Positions 34,447 through 43,280 of a stretch of 44,854 bases of DNA are shown one piece after another. Both the position numbers and the translations under genes were made by a program. How positions within the stretch are numbered: the first letter of the stretch is position 1; the number at the start of each line of letters is the position of its first letter. Below the pieces are notes generated by a model. It was not told the DNA's origin. It saw only the letters and a program-made list of their open reading frames with translations, and ran no database searches. This DNA is from Thermoplasmata archaeon (lineage in GTDB: Archaea > Thermoplasmatota > Thermoplasmata > Lutacidiplasmatales > UBA184), in NCBI GenBank assembly GCA_022749845.1, contig JAKIWX010000003.1:1-44854 (forward strand), read 5' to 3'.

Positions 34447-35048
34447 GCGTGGGGCGGAGCGGGCGCGCCGCCGGCTCCCTCGCCGCCCACGGGCACCGCT
34501 TCCGTCGCACGCTGCAGGCGATCGGCCCGGTCGCGGAACGCCTGACCCTCGAGCTGCTCCTGGTGGGCGCGTTCGAGGAGGCCGTCCGCCTTCACCTTGA
34601 GCTCGGCGCTCTTCTGGGTCTTCATCGCGGCGCGGTGCTCGAGGCGCTGGGCCTTCGCCTGGAGGTCGACGATCTTCTGCTGGAATTTCTGGTTCTTGTA
34701 CTGCAGGGAGGTGACGTCGGAGCCGATCACGATCCCCTTCGTGCGCTCCGTCGCCTCCCGGATCACCCGGTCGTTCTGCGTCATCTGCTGCTGGATCTCG
34801 GGGATGCGGTTGCGCAGGTCCGTCGCCTTTTCGCGGAGCACCGTCGACTGGTGGCGCAGCCGCTCGATCTTGGTGAGGATCCTTGCCTGGCGGGCGATGA
34901 GCCGGCCTCCGATGCGGTCGTGCTTCGCGGAGAGCTCCCGGAGCTTGGTCACATCGGCGTACCCTTGGCCCCGCCAGCGGGACTCGCGTGCGGCCTGAAC
35001 GTGGGCGTGGGTTGCGTCGTACGGGTGTTCGGGTCCGCCCGCCGACAT
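34443..35048 (-). CDS. Orphan long coiled-coil hairpin protein, 201 aa
   Basis: Two ~70-aa heptad-rich helices separated by KGIVIGSD. ATGA overlap with the kinase. CTATAT lies 25 nt upstream of ATG 35048. Confidence 0.75.
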   Translation of the reverse strand: MSAGGPEHPYDATHAHVQAARESRWRGQGYADVTKLRELSAKHDRIGGRLIARQARILTKIERLRHQSTVLREKATDLRNRIPEIQQQMTQNDRVIREATERTKGIVIGSDVTSLQYKNQKFQQKIVDLQAKAQRLEHRAAMKTQKSAELKVKADGLLERAHQEQLEGQAFRDRADRLQRATEAVPVGGEGAGGAPAPPHA

Positions 35049-35113
35049 CAAACGAGAAGGAGCCGTGCGCTCCATATAGGCGTTCCGGCGCGGAGGAGTC
35101 CGGCGGCGCTCCG

Positions 35114-36625
35114 CTAGCGCTCGGCGCGAGGACGGGGGAATCGTCCCACGCGCGCAAGGCGCGCCGGCAACGCCGGTATCGCGACGCGCTCTTGCAGCTT
35201 GGAGTCCCGGGCGCGGACGGTCACGGTGCCGTGGTTTGGATGGGCGGGGTCCACCGTCTCACCGTCCACGGTGACGCAGACCGGGGTCCCGACCTCGTCC
35301 ATCCGGGCGTACCGCTTGCCGATCGTTCCCGAGTCGTCGAGCTGAGCCTCGATCCCCTCGGCGCGGAGCGTGGTGACCAGCGCCCGGGCCGCCTCGCCGT
35401 GCGGCTTCGCGAGGAGCGGGAACACCGCCACCGGAACGGGGGCAAGATGCGCGGGCAGCCGCCAGAGGGTGCGCTCCCCCTCCATTTCGAGGCCGAGGTC
35501 CGCGAGCGCCCAGAGCGCCCGGTCGACGCCGAACGTGAGCTCGAGCACGTGGGGGACGAGGCGGGGCCGGTTGGTAGGGGTCACGGCGAGCTCCTTGCCC
35601 GTGGCGGTCCCGTGCCGGGTGAGGTCGTAATCGCCCCGGTAATGGAGCGCCCCGATCTCCCGGAACCCACCCAGGCTCTCGACCGAGACCTCGACGTCGA
35701 ACTGGAGTCGGTTGTAGAACGCCCGCTCCGCGTCGCTCTTTTCGAGCAGGCGGATCCGTTCCGGCGGCACGCCGAGCACGTCGCGGAAGAAGCGCAGCTC
35801 CTGCGCGAGATGGTAGACGTAGAACTCCGGAAGGCCGCCCTCACCCACGAGTTCGCGGGCGGTGACGGCCCGCGGCGCGGAGAGCCCGTTCGCCCGGTCG
35901 CTCGCGCGCAGGACCGGGAGGGATTCGTCGGCGACCTCCTCGAACGGCAGCGGGAAGTGGGTGGGGTCGAAGAAGATCTGGAGCTCCGCCTGGGTGAAGC
36001 TCCGCATCCGGAACAGCACCTGCCGCGGCGCGATCTCGTTCCGATAGGCGTGGCCGATCACGGCGATGCCGAGAGGAAGCGCGTGGCGGCCCACGTCCCA
36101 CATCCGGTGGAACGCGAGGTAGCTCGCTTGCGCCGTCTCGGGTGCGAGGTAGGCCCGCTCCTTTCCTGCGGCCCCCCAATCGAGGCCGAACATGAGGTTG
36201 AACGGCCGTGGGAGCTCGAGCGCTCGCTCGCCGCAGCTGGGGCAGCGTACCTGGTTCTCCTCGATGAGCTTCCCGATCTCGGCGGGGGAAAGGCCGTCCA
36301 CCCCCGCGGGCCGCACCTTCTCGAGCACCGTCTCCGCACGGAAACTCGAGTGGCATCGCGCGCAGGTCACCTCGGGGTCGGTGAAGTTCTCCAGATGGCC
36401 CGAGGCGCGCACGACGGCCTCCGGCAGGATCTCGGCGGGCTCGATGCGGTAGTAGTCCTCCGAGAGTCCGAGGAACCAGCTCGCCCACGCCCCTTCGATC
36501 CGACGCTTGAAGGCGTGGCCGAGCGGTCCGTAGTCGTAGAGTCCCGCCGCAGCGCCGTAGATCTCGGCGCTCGGCCAGAGGAAGCCCCGCCGCCGGAGGA
36601 GGGCGTAGAGCTCCTCGCTTTTCAT
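35114..36625 (-). CDS. glyS: Glycine--tRNA ligase, homodimeric class IIa type, 503 aa
   Basis: RRRGFLWPSAEIYG..AGLYDYGPLG, ASGHLENFTDP, PETAQ, RNEIAPR, DYDL, FGVDR, anticodon domain SGTIGKRYARMDEVGTP, VTVRARDS. Confidence 0.95.
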   Translation of the reverse strand: MKSEELYALLRRRGFLWPSAEIYGAAAGLYDYGPLGHAFKRRIEGAWASWFLGLSEDYYRIEPAEILPEAVVRASGHLENFTDPEVTCARCHSSFRAETVLEKVRPAGVDGLSPAEIGKLIEENQVRCPSCGERALELPRPFNLMFGLDWGAAGKERAYLAPETAQASYLAFHRMWDVGRHALPLGIAVIGHAYRNEIAPRQVLFRMRSFTQAELQIFFDPTHFPLPFEEVADESLPVLRASDRANGLSAPRAVTARELVGEGGLPEFYVYHLAQELRFFRDVLGVPPERIRLLEKSDAERAFYNRLQFDVEVSVESLGGFREIGALHYRGDYDLTRHGTATGKELAVTPTNRPRLVPHVLELTFGVDRALWALADLGLEMEGERTLWRLPAHLAPVPVAVFPLLAKPHGEAARALVTTLRAEGIEAQLDDSGTIGKRYARMDEVGTPVCVTVDGETVDPAHPNHGTVTVRARDSKLQERVAIPALPARLARVGRFPRPRAER

Positions 36626-37701
36626 GCCGGTCGCGGGCTCTCGGGACGGACGATAAGCTGTTCGGTGGCGCGCGCCACGAGGGCGTACTCGGGGGCCTCT
36701 GCCGGGAGCCGGAAGACGAGCAGCGGCCCGTCGTGACCGGGTTGGATGCGTGCGACCTCGGGACGGCCGAGCCAGGCCCACGGGGAGAGGAAGGCGGCCC
36801 GCACGAGGAACCCCGGCGACACGCCCCGGTGCCGCAGCCGCTGGCTCACGTAGGCGAACTCGAGCTCGCGGAAGAGCGACGGCGCGTTCAACATCCCGTT
36901 GTCCGTCCCGAGAAGGGTCGTCACGCCGGCCCGTTCGAACAGGGCGAGGTCGGGCGCTTGACCGAAGAGGGCGTTCGATCGTGGACAGACGGCGACCGGC
37001 ACTCCCGCCTTGGCGACCGTCGCGAGGTCCTCTTCCGTGGCGGAGAGGAGGTGCACCAGAAGGTCGGGGCGCGGCTCCAGGTAGTCGCCGGGCTCCTCCC
37101 GCGACTCCTCGCTCGCGTGCAGAGCGTAACGCTTGCCGCGATCGTGGCAGGCGCTCGCGATCGCGCGCCGGGTCTCGCGGTCCTCCTCCCGGGCCGAGCT
37201 GAGCCCGACGCCGTCCGCCACCGCGAGGAGCGCCCCCAGCTCTTCGGGGTCGACGGGGCGACGGAGCGGGCGCCCGAGGATACGGAGGTCGAGCGGGAGC
37301 TTCCCCGCGGCGCGTCGGAGGAGCCGGACGCCGGCGAGCCCCTCCTCGCGGAAATCTACCGCCGCGGCGGTCCCTTCCCGCACCATCCGTCGCAGCGCCT
37401 CACGCGCTCCCGCCGCCTTCGCGCGGGAGTTCGTCTCCGTCAGGAATCGAAACTTCACTCCGCCCGGTGCTCCCACCACCTCCGCGAGACGGCCGCGCGG
37501 TGGCTCCCGCTGGAAGCCCGAATCCCCGAGATGCGTGTGGGAGTTCACGGGGGCAGGTACGACGATGCCGTGCACCCGCCGTTCCGTCCCGTGGGAGGAG
37601 TCGGTGCCGAGAGCCCCCGTCTCGACGACGTGGGAGCCCCGCAGGCGTACGTAGCCGGGCCTCGCTCCGTCGAGGTCGACGATCGCCCCCTCGACGATCA
37701 C
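36622..37701 (-). CDS. Amidohydrolase-superfamily metal-dependent deaminase (nucleoside-deaminase-like)
   Basis: VNSHTHLGD, HASES, VHL, CPRSN, LGTDN. ATGA overlap with glyS. Confidence 0.85.
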   Translation of the reverse strand: MIVEGAIVDLDGARPGYVRLRGSHVVETGALGTDSSHGTERRVHGIVVPAPVNSHTHLGDSGFQREPPRGRLAEVVGAPGGVKFRFLTETNSRAKAAGAREALRRMVREGTAAAVDFREEGLAGVRLLRRAAGKLPLDLRILGRPLRRPVDPEELGALLAVADGVGLSSAREEDRETRRAIASACHDRGKRYALHASEESREEPGDYLEPRPDLLVHLLSATEEDLATVAKAGVPVAVCPRSNALFGQAPDLALFERAGVTTLLGTDNGMLNAPSLFRELEFAYVSQRLRHRGVSPGFLVRAAFLSPWAWLGRPEVARIQPGHDGPLLVFRLPAEAPEYALVARATEQLIVRPESPRPA

Positions 37702-37796
37702 GCGTGGACCCCCCGCGCCGAGGAGCGTGACCTATCTAAGCCGCGCGGCGGCGCGAGCCCTAACGCCTAAGAGTTCGGCGCAGGTCCCCCGCGCCC

Positions 37797-38711
37797 GTGG
37801 CGAAGCGAGCGGGCCTTCCCGCGGGGAGGAAGCGATCGCTCCTCGTCGCCGGCCACACGAACATCGACCGGTTCCTCCGGGTAGAGCGGCTTCCCTCGCC
37901 CGACCGGACGGTGCCCATGCTCGGGATGCGAGAGGCGCTCGGCGGCACGGCGGCCACGATTGCCAGGAACGCGGCACGCCGGGGCGTGCGTACGGGGCTC
38001 CTGAGCCGCGTGGGGCCGGAGTTTCCCGTGGAGTTCCGCCGCCGCCTCGAGGCGGACGGCGTGGACCTGCGCGGACTCGAGGTGGTGCGAGGGGCGCGCT
38101 CCCCCACCTGCTTCATCCTGGAGGACGGCCGAGGCTCTCAGATGACGGCGATCTACCAGGGGCCGATGGGAGATGCGGCCCGCGCACTTCTCCCGCGCGC
38201 GCTCTTCAAGGAGTACAGCTGGCTCCACCTCACAACCGGCGACCCACGTTTCCAGCTCCGGCTAAAGGCGGCGGCTCGCGCCCTCGGGGTGCGCGTCGCA
38301 GTCGACCCGGCCCAGGAGCTGCACTACTGGTGGCGCGCCGGACCGTTGCGCCAGCTCCTCGACGGCGCCGAGATACTGTTCGCCAACCGGTCGGAGGCCG
38401 AGCGCGCCGTCGCCCTCCTTGGGCTGCGGCGACCCGAGGATCTCGTCGCTCTCGTGCCGCTCGTCGTCGTGACGATGGGTCCGCAAGGCGTGGTGGCGCA
38501 CCACCGAGCGGGCACGGAGAAGGTCAAGGCGACGCCCGTTCGAGGACCCCACCAGACGACCGGAGCGGGAGACGCCTTCCGTGGCGGGTTCTACGCCGGC
38601 TGGTTCCAGGGTGCTCCGCTCCGGCGGTGTCTTGAGAAAGGGACGCGCGCGGCGAGCGAATGGATCCGCCGGGGAGACCCGACGCACGGTGCGAGCCGCC
38701 GGGGTCGTTAG
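37797..38711 (+). CDS. PfkB/ribokinase-family kinase (probable nucleoside kinase)
   Basis: GHTNID, LGGTAATIA, VDPAQ, LFANRSE, VTMGPQG, TTGAGDAFRGG. Confidence 0.92.
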   Translation: MAKRAGLPAGRKRSLLVAGHTNIDRFLRVERLPSPDRTVPMLGMREALGGTAATIARNAARRGVRTGLLSRVGPEFPVEFRRRLEADGVDLRGLEVVRGARSPTCFILEDGRGSQMTAIYQGPMGDAARALLPRALFKEYSWLHLTTGDPRFQLRLKAAARALGVRVAVDPAQELHYWWRAGPLRQLLDGAEILFANRSEAERAVALLGLRRPEDLVALVPLVVVTMGPQGVVAHHRAGTEKVKATPVRGPHQTTGAGDAFRGGFYAGWFQGAPLRRCLEKGTRAASEWIRRGDPTHGASRRGR

Positions 38712-38717
38712 CGGGAG

Positions 38718-39968
38718 ATGCCGTACCACGGATTCGGACGCCTCACCCCTGTCGCGAGGGTCCAACGACTGCTCGAGGCGGCCGTCCGGCCAATGTCTCG
38801 GACGGAGTCGCTCCGGCTGGAGCAGGCGATCGGACGCGTCGCCTGCCAGGCGTACACCGCCCCGTCCGCCGTACCGAGCTTCCGCCGAGCGAGCTGGGAC
38901 GGTTACGCCCTCCGCTCGCGGGACTCGAAGGCCGCTCGTGCGGGCGCCCAGGTAGAGCTCGCGATCGTCGGGGAACAGTTCGCCGAGACTCCGCGGCGAA
39001 GCCCACTCCGGAAGGGCGAGGCACTCGAGATCGCGACGGGCGGCGCCCTCCCCGAAGGAGCGGACGCCGTGGCGCCGTACGAGGAGGTGAGGGTCGAAGG
39101 AACCCGTCTCTTCCTCTCGAACGCCGTACCTGCGGGGGCCCGAGTCGCCGGGCGCGGAGAGGATTTCCGGAAAGGCGCCGTGCTGGTCCGTTCGGGGGAG
39201 GTGTTGAGCGCTGCCTCGCTCGGGGCCCTCGCGGCCACGGGCCGCAGTTCCGTCCGGGTGTACGAACGACCCCGAGTCCGCATCATTCCGAACGGGAACG
39301 AACTCGTGGGACCAGGAGGGCGCCTCGGTCCGGGACAGATTTACGAGCTCAACCACGTCGCACTTGCCTCGTTCTGCTCGGCGTCGGGCGGTCTGCCTTC
39401 CTCCGTAAAACCGGTGCGTGACGACCCGCGAGCGATCCTCTCGGCGCTTCGTCGGGGGATCGCGGAGTCCGATCTCGTCCTTGCGACGGGGGGAAGCTCC
39501 GTCGGGGAACGCGACTACCTGCCTCGGCTCTTCCCGCAGCTCGGTAAACTGCTCTTCCACGGTGTGGCGGTGCGCCCCGGCAAGCCTACCCTCGCCGCGG
39601 TCTCGGGCGGGCGGCTCCTCCTCGGGCTCCCGGGCCATCCCACTTCCTGCCTCGCGAACGCCTACTGGCTCGTGCTGCCCGTCCTTCGCAAGCTGGCCCG
39701 GCTGCCGGGGAGCGGATGGACCGAGATACCGGCACGGATGGCCGAGCCGTACCCTATCTCGGGGTCAGGGTTCACGACGGTCGTACCGCTTCGCGTCGCC
39801 CGTGGGCGTGCCTTCCCGACGTTCAAGGACTCTTCCGCGATCACGAGCCTCTCGGGCGCGAACGGCTTCCTGCTCCGACCCCCGGGACGGGGATCCCTCG
39901 CGAAGGGGGAACGGGTTCTCGTCTCGCTCCTCCCGAGCCCTCTCGCCGTGCCGCCGCGGCCGCCCTGA
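38718..39968 (+). CDS. moeA: Molybdopterin molybdotransferase MoeA
   Basis: PSFRRASWDGYA, IATGGALPEGADAV, NGNEL, TGGSSVGERD, HGVAVRPGKP, GLPGHPTS, SSAITSLSGANG. Confidence 0.95.
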   Translation: MPYHGFGRLTPVARVQRLLEAAVRPMSRTESLRLEQAIGRVACQAYTAPSAVPSFRRASWDGYALRSRDSKAARAGAQVELAIVGEQFAETPRRSPLRKGEALEIATGGALPEGADAVAPYEEVRVEGTRLFLSNAVPAGARVAGRGEDFRKGAVLVRSGEVLSAASLGALAATGRSSVRVYERPRVRIIPNGNELVGPGGRLGPGQIYELNHVALASFCSASGGLPSSVKPVRDDPRAILSALRRGIAESDLVLATGGSSVGERDYLPRLFPQLGKLLFHGVAVRPGKPTLAAVSGGRLLLGLPGHPTSCLANAYWLVLPVLRKLARLPGSGWTEIPARMAEPYPISGSGFTTVVPLRVARGRAFPTFKDSSAITSLSGANGFLLRPPGRGSLAKGERVLVSLLPSPLAVPPRPP

Positions 39969-40012
39969 GCCCCATCGGTAAGGCTTTCCTGCTCCGCACC
40001 GCTAGGGGGGCC

Positions 40013-41038
40013 ATGCAGGACCGGTACGGTCGCGACGTGACCGACCTGCGCATCTCGCTCACCCAGCGGTGCAACCTGCGGTGCGTCTTCTGCCATATGG
40101 AGGGCCAGCCGGTCTCACGCGAGGAGCTCACGCCCCGGGAGATCGAGGACGCGGTCCGCGGCGCGGCCCTCGCCGGCATCCGCCGCGTCAAGCTGACTGG
40201 AGGCGAGCCCACGCTGCGCACCGACCTGCCCGAGATCGTGACCCGGATCCGACCCCACGTCGAGGAGCTCTCGATGACGACGAACGGGCTCAAGCTCGTC
40301 GAGCTCGCCGGGACGCTCCGAGCCGCGGGGCTCGACCGGGTCAACGTGAGCCTGCCGAGCCTCGAGCGCGAGGAGTACCGCGCGCTCACGGGCGTCGACG
40401 GGCTCGAACGGACCCTCGCGGGGATCCGCGCCGCGATCGCCGCGGGCCTCGCTCCCGTCAAGCTGAACGTAGTCGCCCTCGAGCGCCCGAACGGGAAGGA
40501 GTCCCCCGTCTCTTCCGTCGTGAGGTTTGCCCAGTCGGTCGGCGCTTGGGTCCAAGTGATCGAGTTCGAGAACGTGAGCGGCCGCGTTGACCCCGGCATC
40601 TACCGGGAACTCCACTCGGAGCTGGGACGCCTTACCGCCGACGCCGCGAGTCGGGCGTTCCGTGTGGACCACAACCGCCTCCACGACCGGCCCCGCTACA
40701 CCCTGGAGTTCGACGGTGCCCCGGCGGTGGTCGAAGTGGTCCAGCCGGTCGAGAACCCGGCCTTCTGCATGGCCTGCCACCGTCTCCGCCTCACCTCCGA
40801 CGGTCGGCTCAAGGGCTGCCTGATGACCAACGCGGGGCTCGTCGACCTGTACCCGGCCCTACGCGCGCATGCCTCGCCCGAGGAGCTCCTTCCCTCCTTT
40901 GAAGAGGCCATACGGCGCCGCCGCCCGTTCTTCGTCGGGCCCGAGACGCCAGCCCCCGTGCCCCTCTCCGTGGAGGAGCTACGGGGCCTTGCGATGAGCA
41001 CCGTGGAGTCGCGCAGCCTCCCCGTTGTGAACGGTTAA
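40013..41038 (+). CDS. moaA: GTP 3',8-cyclase MoaA (radical SAM), 341 aa
   Basis: DRYGRDVTDLRISLTQRCNLRCVFCH (CX3CX2C), LTGGEPTLR, TTNG, NVSL, FCMACHRLRLTSDGRLKGCL. Confidence 0.96.
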   Translation: MQDRYGRDVTDLRISLTQRCNLRCVFCHMEGQPVSREELTPREIEDAVRGAALAGIRRVKLTGGEPTLRTDLPEIVTRIRPHVEELSMTTNGLKLVELAGTLRAAGLDRVNVSLPSLEREEYRALTGVDGLERTLAGIRAAIAAGLAPVKLNVVALERPNGKESPVSSVVRFAQSVGAWVQVIEFENVSGRVDPGIYRELHSELGRLTADAASRAFRVDHNRLHDRPRYTLEFDGAPAVVEVVQPVENPAFCMACHRLRLTSDGRLKGCLMTNAGLVDLYPALRAHASPEELLPSFEEAIRRRRPFFVGPETPAPVPLSVEELRGLAMSTVESRSLPVVNG

Positions 41039-41062
41039 GGCCGCGTCGCGGCTCGCCGCGCC

Positions 41063-41899
41063 GTGAGCGGCTCCGGACGCCTCCCTGTCGCGATCCTGAG
41101 CATCGAAGGGACCAACTGTCACCGAGAGCTCGCGGTCGCTCTCGCCGGTGTGGGAGCGTCCCCCGAGGTCGTCCACCTGAAGCAGTTCGAGGGCCGGGAC
41201 GTGGGCCCTTCCGAGCGCCGCCGTCTCTCCGACTTTCGCGCGCTGTTCTTGCCCGGCGGGTTTAGCGGAGGGGACTACGTCCGGGCCGGGGCGATCCTCG
41301 CGGCCCGGACTCGGGCCGCGATCGGACCGGAGCTCGAGAGCTACCTGGGCGCGGGTGGCCTCCTCGTCGGCATCTGCAACGGCTTCCAGGTGCTCACCGA
41401 GCTCGGGCTCCTGCCGGGGCGGCCCGGTGGCCGGCTCGGGCCGCCGGAGGCTGCCCTGATGCCGAACGAATCCGGTCATTTCGAGTGTCGGCCCACCTTC
41501 CTTCGCTGGGAGGGAGGGAACTTCGCACCGCTGCGCGGGCAAGCCCCGGGTCGTCGTCTGTACGCTCCATCCGCCCACGGCGAGGGGCGGCTGTTCCTTG
41601 CCGGGGACACGGAGTCACGCCTGCGGGACCTTGCCGAAGCGGGTCAGGTGCCGTTCCGCTGGGTGGACCCGCAGGGCGAGCTCGCGAGCTACCCCTGGAA
41701 TCCGAACGGTTCCCCCGTCAATGTCGCGGGGCTCACGAACCCTGAGGGCAACGTCGTCGGTCTCATGCCGCACCCCGAACGGGGCTTCTACCGCCGTCTC
41801 GAACCCGACTGGACCCGGCGCGATGGGGCCGAGGGGCCGGGAGGGGGACGCTGGTTCTTCGAGGCTATCGCTCGGCACCTGGAGCGAGCGGATGCGTAG
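41063..41899 (+). CDS. purQ: Phosphoribosylformylglycinamidine synthase glutaminase subunit PurQ
   Basis: GTNC, PGGFSGGDY, GICNGFQVL, AHGEG, NPNGS, GLMPHPER. Confidence 0.96.
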   Translation: MSGSGRLPVAILSIEGTNCHRELAVALAGVGASPEVVHLKQFEGRDVGPSERRRLSDFRALFLPGGFSGGDYVRAGAILAARTRAAIGPELESYLGAGGLLVGICNGFQVLTELGLLPGRPGGRLGPPEAALMPNESGHFECRPTFLRWEGGNFAPLRGQAPGRRLYAPSAHGEGRLFLAGDTESRLRDLAEAGQVPFRWVDPQGELASYPWNPNGSPVNVAGLTNPEGNVVGLMPHPERGFYRRLEPDWTRRDGAEGPGGGRWFFEAIARHLERADA

Positions 41900-42608
41900 G
41901 GCGGCCCGACGGGCCGTTCCGGGACGCGATCGCAGTTCCGCTGGACGCCCTCGCGGGTCCGGGCCCGTGGAACGGTTGGGCGCGCGGTTCGAACGGACGT
42001 ACCGGACCACCGACTACCACAAGCACCCTTGGTTCTCCGAGAAGCCCCCCCCGTTCGTGGCGGACGCTGTCCGCGCGCGACGGGTGGCGCGGGGACGGTC
42101 GCTCGACGTGGGTTCGGGTGCCGGCACCCTCGCCCTCTGGCTCGCAAAGCAAGGATACGACGCCCACGGCATCGACTTCTCTCCCTCGGCGGTGGCGGTC
42201 GCTACCCGGCGGGCCGGGCGGCGGAAGCGGAGAGCACGCTTTCGCGTGGCCTCGGCGCTCAAGCTCCCGTTCCCTCGCGGCTGGGCCGACCTGGTTACGG
42301 ACATCGGCCTGTTCCACACCTTCTCCCCCGCCCGACGCAAGCAGTACGCGGCCGAACTCGCGAGGGTCCTCAAGCCCGGCGGGGACTACTTGACCATCGT
42401 GTTTGCCCGGGAGGATCAGAACGACGAGATCGGCCCACCCTACCGTCTGTCGGTAGGCGACCTCACCGCAGCGTTCGAGTCCGCGCTCGAGGTGCAGGAG
42501 ATCCGCGCCGTCCCCGTCCGCCCGGGCCGGCGCGACCGCCGCTTCTACGTCGCCCACCTCCGTCGCCGGCGCTCGCCCCAGCCCGGCTCCCGGGCGCTGT
42601 GGCGGTAG
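41892..42608 (+). CDS. Class I SAM-dependent methyltransferase (TPMT/thiol-methyltransferase-like)
   Basis: HPW, LDVGSGAG, GIDFS, DIGLFHTF, LARVLKPGG. ATG 41892 overlaps the purQ end. Confidence 0.88.
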   Translation: MRRAARRAVPGRDRSSAGRPRGSGPVERLGARFERTYRTTDYHKHPWFSEKPPPFVADAVRARRVARGRSLDVGSGAGTLALWLAKQGYDAHGIDFSPSAVAVATRRAGRRKRRARFRVASALKLPFPRGWADLVTDIGLFHTFSPARRKQYAAELARVLKPGGDYLTIVFAREDQNDEIGPPYRLSVGDLTAAFESALEVQEIRAVPVRPGRRDRRFYVAHLRRRRSPQPGSRALWR

Positions 42609-43209
42609 TCCGCCGAAGCTCGACCACGAACAGTCGCTCTCCCTCGAGCCGGCGCTCGGCAACCCAACGCACGGGGCCGACGTCCGATCGCCAGGTAGCG
42701 AGCAGCCGCGCGATGCGGCCGGGATGCTGAAGGGAGGAGACGAGCAGGTAGAACGCGCCCCCGGGGAGTAGTCGCGCGGGCATCTCGCGGAGGAGCCGGG
42801 CCGTCACGCGGCAGCCGTCGCGGCCCCCGTCGAGGGCGAGCCGGTCCGCGCGGTTCTCACTCTCGAGGGATCCCGTGCTCGGGAGGTAGGGGGGGTTCGC
42901 GAGCACGCGGTGAAACCCACGCGTCCCGCTCGCTAGGTCCGTGAGGAGGAGCGCCACCTGCACGCCGTGCTCGCGGGCGAGAGCGCGGGTCGCTTCGAGG
43001 GCGGTTCGGTTGAGGTCGGTGGCAACGACGAAGGCGCCTGTCTCCGCCGCGCGTACCGAGAGCTCGCCCGAACCCGCGCCCACCTCGATCACCCGTTCGC
43101 CAGGTTTCGCGGAGGCGGCGAAGGGAGCGAGGAGCCACGTGTCCTCGCGCGGCGGGTAGACCCGGCCCGAAACCGCGACGGGCTGGGCGAGGGTGCGGCG
43201 GTGTAGCAC
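42463..43209 (-). CDS. prmC: HemK2/PrmC-like N5-glutamine methyltransferase (release-factor type)
   Basis: VYPPREDTWLL, EVGAGSG, TDLN, NPPYL, LDGGRDG. Start estimated at GTG 43209, 25 nt below GAATAAG. Confidence 0.88.
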   Translation of the reverse strand: MLHRRTLAQPVAVSGRVYPPREDTWLLAPFAASAKPGERVIEVGAGSGELSVRAAETGAFVVATDLNRTALEATRALAREHGVQVALLLTDLASGTRGFHRVLANPPYLPSTGSLESENRADRLALDGGRDGCRVTARLLREMPARLLPGGAFYLLVSSLQHPGRIARLLATWRSDVGPVRWVAERRLEGERLFVVELRRTTATAPGSRAGASAGDGGGRRRSGGRAGPGGRGRRGSPAPRARTRTLR

Positions 43210-43280
43210 GTTCGACGCGCGGCGCACGAACCCTCTTATTCCCTCGGGCCTTAAGGAACCGTCCAACGGAGTTTCTAGCT

